Positions 57,297 through 64,000 of a DNA stretch of 64,000 nucleotides are shown piece after piece; the first letter of the stretch is position 1; each line of letters opens with the position of its first letter. The stretch lies in the IMG/VR virus record IMGVR_UViG_3300021964_000035; one strand, 5' to 3'. The notes beneath the pieces were generated by a model. It did no database searches and was not told where the DNA came from. It saw nothing but the letters and a program-made list of their open reading frames with translations. Source of the stretch: an uncultured virus (IMG/VR IMGVR_UViG_3300021964_000035). Its lineage: Duplodnaviria; Heunggongvirae; Uroviricota; Caudoviricetes. Made by a program: the position numbers and the translations under genes.

Positions 57297-57544
57297 GGTT
57301 TTGGTTTAGGTATAGAGGGAGCTTTCCTAGTTCTATTTTGAACGGTTTGTGTTGGTTTATCGCGCTGATCTTTCTTTTGAATTCCGTACCACGCTAAAGA
57401 TCCAGAAAAGACGGATGCGATAAAAGTTGGATCGGCACGCACTACCCCGAAGTATTGGGCAGTAAGCAACGATGCCGACCACACTAAAACCGCGATACGT
57501 ACAAATTCTTGTACGCGTTCGTTATTATCTTTCCGCTGGGGCAT
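57293..57544 (-). CDS. Two-TM small membrane protein
   Basis: VRIAVLVWSASLLT...DPTFIASVFSGSLAWYGI. Confidence 0.7.
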   Translation of the reverse strand: MPQRKDNNERVQEFVRIAVLVWSASLLTAQYFGVVRADPTFIASVFSGSLAWYGIQKKDQRDKPTQTVQNRTRKAPSIPKPKP

Positions 57545-57729
57545 TACGACCCCGAGGTTTTCCCAAGTCTAACTAGCTAGCAACTTGTTGACGTTACTTT
57601 CGGATTTCTACAGGGCACCTATTTGTCTTTAGGGCCGCGAGGAAACGCGTCCAAAATGTACTTTTAAAAGGCAGATAGACAAGCATTTGTTCAGCTCGTT
57701 ACAGAGCAATCTGTTGTATTTACTACATT

Positions 57730-58626
57730 CTACATCTGTAAAAGAGCTTCGATGTTTTCAGTGAAGTAGTGGCGGAAGTGTTCTTTCCAGCGAGCCCAGA
57801 AAGCTCGACAATCCGATTGGACTTCGTCTACACGACCCTCGTCAACAATGGCTTTGACCTTTTGGGCAGCTTCACTCCACGTGGACGCCACAACGAAAGG
57901 CATCGCAGCTTCTTGCCGAAAGATCGCATGCCAATAGTTCGGATGAATCTTGAAGGCTTGGTGCTGGTCCAAAGCCACGGGGATGCAGCCGGCTTCTAGG
58001 GCCTCGTAGATCCTGAATGAATCGATGTTGCAGCCGCCCATAGGGGCGATCACAAACTTACTGTTAGAAAGGTTTCGGGCGTATTCGTCGGGCGTTAGGT
58101 GGTTCGGGTCGTGGAAGAGCTCGAAGATATTCAGCTGGAATGGCATGAGTTTCGACATTTCTCCTATCGCGACCTGGCGATCTGCCTTTAGACTTCCTGC
58201 GAAGGACCAAACGTTTTTACGCTTTGATGCGGGAATCGTTCGGCGCTCGTGGCAGAACTGGTAAAATCCATCAACCCACCCCAAGGGAATATGCAAAACC
58301 TTAGGGTGACTCAGAACGTGGGGATGCACGTAATTACGCGCAACAAAATGGCAGTAGGGCGAGTCCAAATAGTCCATGGGCTCGGACAAAGTCTCATCTG
58401 ATAACAAAACGAAAGCGTGGTTGATCGCCGATTCAGTTAGCCTCTTGAGGTAGGCGAATCCCGCACTGGTGTGCGAAACGACTACGCAATTCGTGTAAAG
58501 ATCAGCTGTTTCAGCATCTTTTTTGGAGATTCTGTGAAACTTGTGCCACGGAATAAGGTGACGAATCCAATCAGCTCCGTGCTTACTTTCTGAATCTTCG
58601 ATGAAAATAACGTCTATGGACTGCAT
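57730..58626 (-). CDS. Exostosin/GT47-like glycosyltransferase
   Basis: WSFAG; SKFVIAPMG...DSFRIYEALEAGCIPV. Confidence 0.8.
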   Translation of the reverse strand: MQSIDVIFIEDSESKHGADWIRHLIPWHKFHRISKKDAETADLYTNCVVVSHTSAGFAYLKRLTESAINHAFVLLSDETLSEPMDYLDSPYCHFVARNYVHPHVLSHPKVLHIPLGWVDGFYQFCHERRTIPASKRKNVWSFAGSLKADRQVAIGEMSKLMPFQLNIFELFHDPNHLTPDEYARNLSNSKFVIAPMGGCNIDSFRIYEALEAGCIPVALDQHQAFKIHPNYWHAIFRQEAAMPFVVASTWSEAAQKVKAIVDEGRVDEVQSDCRAFWARWKEHFRHYFTENIEALLQM

Positions 58627-58662
58627 ATGCTGTCAGTATGCTTGCAGTTAAGTTAGCAGATT

Positions 58663-58836
58663 ATGGACAAATTGATTCCCACCGCTGTTCTTGACTTCCT
58701 CTGGGATATGGCGAAGTCGTGGGCGGAAGATAAAGGTCAAGATGCGCATCTGATTTATGGGCGCATGGTTGCACACCATGTAACACGCGCTAAAGAGACG
58801 GAAAACGAGGAGCTGGAGAATTTGTGTGAGTCCTAA
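58663..58836 (+). CDS. 57-aa hypothetical protein
   Basis: Translated by hand. Confidence 0.45.
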   Translation: MDKLIPTAVLDFLWDMAKSWAEDKGQDAHLIYGRMVAHHVTRAKETENEELENLCES

Positions 58837-58927
58837 CTAGATGGGTGAGATTCGGCAAACCCTGTAAGTATTTCTCCCGGAAGCCGAATAAATCTGGTGT
58901 AATTGAGGGACCACCACGCTACCTGTA

Positions 58928-59170
58928 GTGCCTCGGCGTTCCCAGCTCCTCGTCCCTCAAGTCTTTGAGTGCCCTTTCTGCAAAAAGCAGTTGGTGCTAA
59001 AAGGCGCCCGTTTGAGGAAACATTTGTACAACAAGAGCCGTAAGCCGGAAATGGCTGGGCCTTTTTGCGATCACGTTTGCTCACGACGTTACGCTTCCGT
59101 ACGGGCGTACGAAAGAAAATTTGGGTCTGATACCATTGATGAGCTGCTAAAAGAACTTAATGTTCTCTAG
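58928..59170 (+). CDS. Zn-finger protein
   Basis: CPFC ... FCDHVC. Confidence 0.6.
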   Translation: MPRRSQLLVPQVFECPFCKKQLVLKGARLRKHLYNKSRKPEMAGPFCDHVCSRRYASVRAYERKFGSDTIDELLKELNVL

Positions 59171-59179
59171 AGCATGCCA

Positions 59180-59263
59180 GCCCAGGTGATGAAATTGGTA
59201 AACATAACGGACTTAAAATCCGTCGCTCGTTTGAGCTTGCGGGTTCAAGTCCCGCTCTGGGCA
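59180..59263 (+). tRNA. trnL: tRNA-Leu(UAA), CCA not encoded
   Basis: GCCCAGG/TCTGGGC acceptor; ACGGA-CT-TAA-AA-TCCGT anticodon arm; long variable arm; GGTTCAAGTCC. Confidence 0.95.
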
Positions 59264-59336
59264 TAAGGATTTATAGAAAGGGACTAGAGAAGGTGACTAC
59301 TCACCGCGCAAGTTACCGAGCAAGTAGTGAGTAGGA

Positions 59337-60731
59337 CTACGAGGCTTTTAGAGCTGCTACTTCAGCTTCCAGGGTTTCGATGCGTCCAATGGCTTCCTGC
59401 AGCGCAGCGGTCAGCAGCGGCACCAGCTTGGATTGGTCGATGCCTTGGTATTTAGGAATTGTGTTTCCGTATTCGTCAAGCTTGTTATCACCAACGGAAA
59501 CGCCATCAGGCAGCTCTTCGTCTTCCTGCCAGACCTGTAGTTCGTTGTGCGTACCCTTGACAGCTTCTGGAACGACTGCCTGCGCCTCGTGAGCGATAAA
59601 ACCATCAACAGTTTTTTCCGGGCTGGCTAGGAAGTTGAATCGCCTTGGCAGTAGTTGCTTGACGCGATCAATCGCACCATCCAGATCAACAATGTTTTCC
59701 TTCAGGCGATAGTCAGAGCTGGTGTTGTAAGACGTGCTTACGTTGTCGTGACTGATAGAGCCAACTGTGTTGGTGTTGTTGTGGAACAGCATGACGAAAC
59801 TGTCCAGTGCAGTGTCAGCCCTGTTCCAGGTGAATTCAGCGGCTCCGTTTGAAGTATCTTGCCGGAAGAAGATACCGCCTTGACCGAGCCTGGCGGTACA
59901 TCCGAAGCCCATATGTCCGTTACCTAGCAGCCTCAACCGCTCCGTTGAACTTGTGAAAAATTTGATATCGCCACCGCCTACTGCTTGTAATCTTGGGGCG
60001 CCGCTAAGGCAATCAAGTTCAAAGTAATCACTACCATTACCCCTATGAAGGCGTAATTTGGGAACACCGTTTCCTGAGTTTTCGTCGCCAACTTGCAACA
60101 TAGTTTGAGGCGACGTGGCGCCTATACCGACGTCGCCGCTGCTGGTGATGCGCATCCGCTCCACTGTATTAGTCGCGCCATCGGGACAGGTAACAAATGC
60201 AATACGACTGGGATGACTTGAACCGTCTGTCCAAGTACCGCCGTCTGAATAAACCTTAATTCCAGCAGAGTCTGCACCGTTGCTGCCGGTAAAGTTGATA
60301 AATCCCAAAGAACTATTATTGTTTGCGGGAGTGCTGCTACGGGATAAGTACACCTCACCTTGTGCTGTAGTAACGCCTTGAATCACAAGGTCGCCATCTG
60401 TTTGATTTCCAGTGGCGCTAGTCGTGCCCATCAACAACCTGCCGGAGCTGTCGAATCGAGCTGCTTCGTTACCACCCTCAGTAAAACCGATCGTATCTGC
60501 TGCGGGGAAATAAATACCGGTATTTAAATCTCCGCTGGCAGCGATAGCAGGCGTGCCGCTAGCTCCCACGGCAAAAGTCGCGGTGCCGTCAATAGTGATG
60601 TTACCTGTTGCATCAGCTGCAACCAGCTCAGTCCCCGTGGTAGGGAGAGTGATCGTGTTATTACCCGCCGCATCCGGCGCTGCGAGTTGAACGAAACCAG
60701 AAGTTTCGCCGAACAGCCTCACATTCGCCAT
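59337..60731 (-). CDS. Orphan tail fibre with S74 chaperone domain
   Basis: TSSDYRLKENI; IDQSKLVPLLTAALQE; mosaic of 14377, 17146 and 18511 segments. Confidence 0.85.
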   Translation of the reverse strand: MANVRLFGETSGFVQLAAPDAAGNNTITLPTTGTELVAADATGNITIDGTATFAVGASGTPAIAASGDLNTGIYFPAADTIGFTEGGNEAARFDSSGRLLMGTTSATGNQTDGDLVIQGVTTAQGEVYLSRSSTPANNNSSLGFINFTGSNGADSAGIKVYSDGGTWTDGSSHPSRIAFVTCPDGATNTVERMRITSSGDVGIGATSPQTMLQVGDENSGNGVPKLRLHRGNGSDYFELDCLSGAPRLQAVGGGDIKFFTSSTERLRLLGNGHMGFGCTARLGQGGIFFRQDTSNGAAEFTWNRADTALDSFVMLFHNNTNTVGSISHDNVSTSYNTSSDYRLKENIVDLDGAIDRVKQLLPRRFNFLASPEKTVDGFIAHEAQAVVPEAVKGTHNELQVWQEDEELPDGVSVGDNKLDEYGNTIPKYQGIDQSKLVPLLTAALQEAIGRIETLEAEVAALKAS

Positions 60732-60828
60732 TAACTCAAGCCTCCTTAAGGGCAGTCACTAGCGTTGAGTTAGAACGCCTGAATCTGCCCTAAGTTTAGC
60801 AGCGCCGAATTATAAAAACGCAATCAAC

Positions 60829-61353
60829 CTATTGATTTACCGGATAACCTGACTCCAGCGCACATTGTTCGTCACGTTCAATACCAGGCATCCTTGCTTC
60901 TTTAACATCAGGGTAATACTTTAAATACCCCGTTAATCTCCAAAGCCACGCTCTAAATCGATCTGACCGGACTAACGAAACGGGTTCCGGATCATGAGGT
61001 TCGCTGCCGAGATAGGGTTCCGGAACAACGGCAATTCGCGTAAAGAAATAGACGGCGCGGGCAACTGCCATCGCACGCCGCATATGGAATTTGTCCGTGA
61101 CCACAAAAACAACAGAAGGTCGAAAACTTTTAACTAAACCAATAGTTTCCGTAAAGTTGGTGACCGTATCCCAGGCGTGGAAATCAAAAATGTATCGGGT
61201 GTCGGCAATCCCAGCGTCGCTGAGTAAAGCGTGAACTCCTGTTGGATCTCCCTCGGAACTTATAACAATTTTGCTATCAGGATATCGTTGCGCTAGTTCG
61301 ATCGCTTTTTTCATCCTGAGCGTGTTTCCGCCCAGTTCCAGAATTACGTTCAT
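60829..61353 (-). CDS. YdcF/DUF218 family protein
   Basis: LGG..RMKKAIEL; DTVTNF; VVTDKFHMRRA. Confidence 0.8.
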   Translation of the reverse strand: MNVILELGGNTLRMKKAIELAQRYPDSKIVISSEGDPTGVHALLSDAGIADTRYIFDFHAWDTVTNFTETIGLVKSFRPSVVFVVTDKFHMRRAMAVARAVYFFTRIAVVPEPYLGSEPHDPEPVSLVRSDRFRAWLWRLTGYLKYYPDVKEARMPGIERDEQCALESGYPVNQ

Positions 61354-62057
61354 TGTTTTGGCAGAGCGAAGAACATGTTGTCGAAAGGTTGTAGTTTTTG
61401 AATTTCGTAGCCTCGCTCTTGTAAAAATCCGAAGAGCTCTAACCGAAGAGTATAGTTCTCGCGTCCCGAATTGGATTCGAGAATTAACGGAGGACGGCTG
61501 GCTTCCAGGATTGTTTCCGCTCCTTTAAGAGCATTTAACTCCCAACCCTCAACATCCAGTTTTATAAGACCGACGTCCTGATTAGCGATGTTCAGTTGAT
61601 CGAGTGCCACCATCTGACACTGATTTCTATTGAGTGCTTTTTGATTCGTCTCACAGAAGGTAGACCCACCTCCGTCCTCTGAGACAATCGTTAAACAGCG
61701 GACGGATCCGTGATCTTCTGGGTAGCTAACCCCTGCGTGGATAGCCTCGATATTCTCTTTTTCGTTGATAAAGATGTTGCCGCACAACTGCATAAACGTA
61801 CGTTTCTGCGCTTCAAACGCAAAAACAGCTGCAAATTCGTCAGCAAGAAGGACGGAGTACACACCCATGTGAGCCCCGCAATCGATAAAAATCTTTTCGG
61901 GGTCTCCAAACTGACGTGCAAACTCAATAATTTGCTGCTCGGGAATGCCTACCCTGTGCGCTTGACATAGTCCTGAATCGTCCCTGTGCATCAGGAACGC
62001 GACTTCCGGGGTCGGGACAATCATGTCTTCGGTCGGACCCCAGAAGAAGGTTGCCAT
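61350..62057 (-). CDS. FkbM-family methyltransferase
   Basis: FIDCGAHMG; VFAFEA; LIKLDVEGWELNALKGA. Confidence 0.88.
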   Translation of the reverse strand: MATFFWGPTEDMIVPTPEVAFLMHRDDSGLCQAHRVGIPEQQIIEFARQFGDPEKIFIDCGAHMGVYSVLLADEFAAVFAFEAQKRTFMQLCGNIFINEKENIEAIHAGVSYPEDHGSVRCLTIVSEDGGGSTFCETNQKALNRNQCQMVALDQLNIANQDVGLIKLDVEGWELNALKGAETILEASRPPLILESNSGRENYTLRLELFGFLQERGYEIQKLQPFDNMFFALPKQ

Positions 62058-62102
62058 CAAAGAAATTATCAGTGTTAGCATATTAACAGCAATTCGAATT
62101 TC

Positions 62103-62876
62103 GTGAACCCGATACCCGTTCTCGGCACAGCTTTAATCAACGAACCTTATTGGGTTTACCGTTTGTTCTACAGTATTGATTATCCTGTAGATGATTTTGT
62201 TGTATGGAATAACAACGGACGCGGACAGATCACAGAAGAGCTTGATCACTTAAAGAATCTTCCCCATCGGTTCGTTAAGAGAGTTCACATATGTCACCTA
62301 CCGCATAATCTTGGCTGCAGCGGTGCCTGGAACCTCACCATCAAAAGCTTCATGATGGCCCCCTACTGGGCGATCACGAACCACGACGTGATGTATGAGC
62401 CCGGTTTCCTTGAGGCTGTTGCCGAGAAAATGGAAGACCCTGATTTAGGGATATGTCACGGCAATAACGGAGGTTGGGACTTCTTCGCGATCAAGGACTG
62501 GATGATCGAGAAATACGGCTTGTTTGATGAAGCCCTTGTTCCTGCCTATGTAGAGGATCTGGAATACGGATCCCGCTTTATGCACACTGAGGACAACAAC
62601 AAGCGCTGTCTTGGCGTGGAGCCTGGGTACTACCACGGAGCTCTAAAAGACAGTTATGACGATGGATCTCAGTCTTGGCGGAGTGAACCTGAGCTAGCAC
62701 AGAAGATCCATCTCTCGCATGAGCTGAATAAGCAGTACGTCACTCAAAAATGGGGTCCCGGTTGGCAATCGCACGTGGAAGAACCAACCTATTCGACGCC
62801 TTTTAATGAGCGGTTACCCCAAACTTTCACCACCTATCCGCTCCATTTTGTTCGTCAGAAGAATCTAGGTTTTTAA
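62103..62876 (+). CDS. GT2-like glycosyltransferase
   Basis: SIDYPV; NLGCSGAWN; TNHDV; GLFDE..PAYVEDLEY. Confidence 0.75.
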   Translation: MNPIPVLGTALINEPYWVYRLFYSIDYPVDDFVVWNNNGRGQITEELDHLKNLPHRFVKRVHICHLPHNLGCSGAWNLTIKSFMMAPYWAITNHDVMYEPGFLEAVAEKMEDPDLGICHGNNGGWDFFAIKDWMIEKYGLFDEALVPAYVEDLEYGSRFMHTEDNNKRCLGVEPGYYHGALKDSYDDGSQSWRSEPELAQKIHLSHELNKQYVTQKWGPGWQSHVEEPTYSTPFNERLPQTFTTYPLHFVRQKNLGF

Positions 62877-62912
62877 AACTCGGTAATATGGAACTATATT
62901 TGTAGTCTGGGG

Positions 62913-63182
62913 ATGCCTTTTTACTCAGCGCATACCTCCTCTGGAAGGTTATTTAACTCGTTAAAGTTGTTGTGTGACGGCAAGAGCTTGAGCTCCTTCA
63001 AGCTCAGCAAGATTGCCGACCTATCGCCTACAACGACACGGAAGATATACACAGATCCCACGTACATTCCTTCTCCTGATGTGCTGGAGAAGCTCTGCCT
63101 GGTCTTGGATGTAACTCCTGGTGATCTGCTAAAAATATCGACTAATATGGAAAATATAGCGGCGGTGTGCTCTGGTGTTTAG
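62913..63182 (+). CDS. Cro/C1-type HTH protein
   Basis: LSSFKLSKIADLSPTTTRKI...LEKLCLVLDVTPGDLL. Confidence 0.85.
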   Translation: MPFYSAHTSSGRLFNSLKLLCDGKSLSSFKLSKIADLSPTTTRKIYTDPTYIPSPDVLEKLCLVLDVTPGDLLKISTNMENIAAVCSGV

Positions 63183-63675
63183 CCCTCAAGAATACGCTTT
63201 TGCAGCTCAGGCTCTAGGGCTTCCCGTTCCCCAGACCCCAGCCGAGAAGGCGGCAGCTGCACCTCTCGTGGCGCGTGTGCTCAGAGAGTACATGTATGAG
63301 CGTCCTCCGATGGTCGGCTTCGAGCAGGGCATGCAGACCGGTGCCACCCGCTCGCTGAACGGTTATCCCGATACTCGCGAGCCGATGCTTCGCAATGCGA
63401 TTGGTCGTCGCATGGAAGCTGGCGTCGAGACTCCTGAGGACGACGCGACCCTCGAGCAGTACCTGCTGGAATTCCTCAAGAATCCCGAGCTGGTCCAGGC
63501 TTTCTTCGAGTTTCTCCAGCAGCAGGATGAGAACGGAGAAGAGCAAGTGAACATGCTCAGCTCACAACGTCCTCTGCACTACGACGCCCCTAACCTGGGA
63601 AGTAACTACAGCGTTCTTAACGCTCCTTCTTCCGGTCCTATTCCTCCTTCCCAGGAGTACCAAAGCGTTTGCTGA
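63175..63675 (+). CDS. Hypothetical protein
   Basis: GTG start; TAATAT box at 63143. Confidence 0.6.
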   Translation: MFSPQEYAFAAQALGLPVPQTPAEKAAAAPLVARVLREYMYERPPMVGFEQGMQTGATRSLNGYPDTREPMLRNAIGRRMEAGVETPEDDATLEQYLLEFLKNPELVQAFFEFLQQQDENGEEQVNMLSSQRPLHYDAPNLGSNYSVLNAPSSGPIPPSQEYQSVC

Positions 63676-63911
63676 TGAACTCACTCTCTCGCCGTGGTCA
63701 GCTAGCAGAACGAGACGTTCGTGAGGACGCTCCTGACCTGAATCCGAACGAGTTTCTTAATGGCTATCTGAGGTCTAATTTCCCTCAGACTGTTGCTCAT
63801 CCTTCGAAAATGCAAATCGAAGGAAGAGTTCCTGCGATGCAAACTCAGCTAAAATTTGATAAGCCGAAGATCCCCTCTGGGATCGCATATGACCGTCCGG
63901 AGGTGACTTGA
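63675..63911 (+). CDS. Hypothetical protein
   Basis: TGATG coupling at both ends. Confidence 0.55.
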   Translation: MNSLSRRGQLAERDVREDAPDLNPNEFLNGYLRSNFPQTVAHPSKMQIEGRVPAMQTQLKFDKPKIPSGIAYDRPEVT

Positions 63912-64000
63912 TGCCAGCCCCAGCAGGATTAGGAGCATTTCTAACCGCAGCAGGCGGAGAAGTTGCAGGCCAAGGCGTGATGCGCCTTCTTGAAGGGGCG

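Noticed and set aside
18511..60731. Diversity-generating retroelement acting on the fibres
   Set aside because: No reverse transcriptase in the window; mismatches between repeats are mostly synonymous rather than adenine-specific, and both copies are coding.
1..64000. CRISPR array accompanying the Cas4-like nuclease at 29005
   Set aside because: No regularly spaced repeats seen; the nuclease sits in a normal replication module.

Overview
64 kb of a lytic-looking dsDNA tailed cyanophage. The host is inferred from two NblA-like genes, a DUF4278-like peptide and several cyanophage-type hypothetical genes; no integrase, RNA polymerase, terminase or major capsid gene is visible in this window. 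Layout: putative virion/internal proteins (1-4.5 kb); Dps, NblA-like and regulator genes (4.5-10.4 kb); a paralog-rich tail-fibre block and endolysin (11-22.5 kb); thyX and small genes; a ~23 kb mostly minus-strand early/replication array (primase-SF3 helicase, PD-(D/E)XK nuclease, SSB, PolA, dCTP deaminase, VWA + MoxR AAA + DUF3150-like triad, many small ORFs) headed by a non-coding leader at ~48.9-49.7 kb; then more virion genes, a membrane/lysis-like cluster, and a glycosyltransferase island with tRNA-Leu(UAA) and an orphan inverted tail-fibre gene. Strongest leads: (1) a candidate -1 ribosomal frameshift (A_AAA_AAG plus hairpin) that extends a holin-like gene; (2) a ~530-nt structured leader RNA with an rRNA-type boxB/boxA element ahead of an array containing internal terminators; (3) two divergent NblA-like genes; (4) several enzymes with degenerate catalytic motifs; (5) mosaic tail-fibre cassettes with inverted homology blocks; (6) a recurring R-[MLF]-A-G motif in small orphan proteins. 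All family assignments and RNA pairings were made by eye; no searches or folding programs were run.
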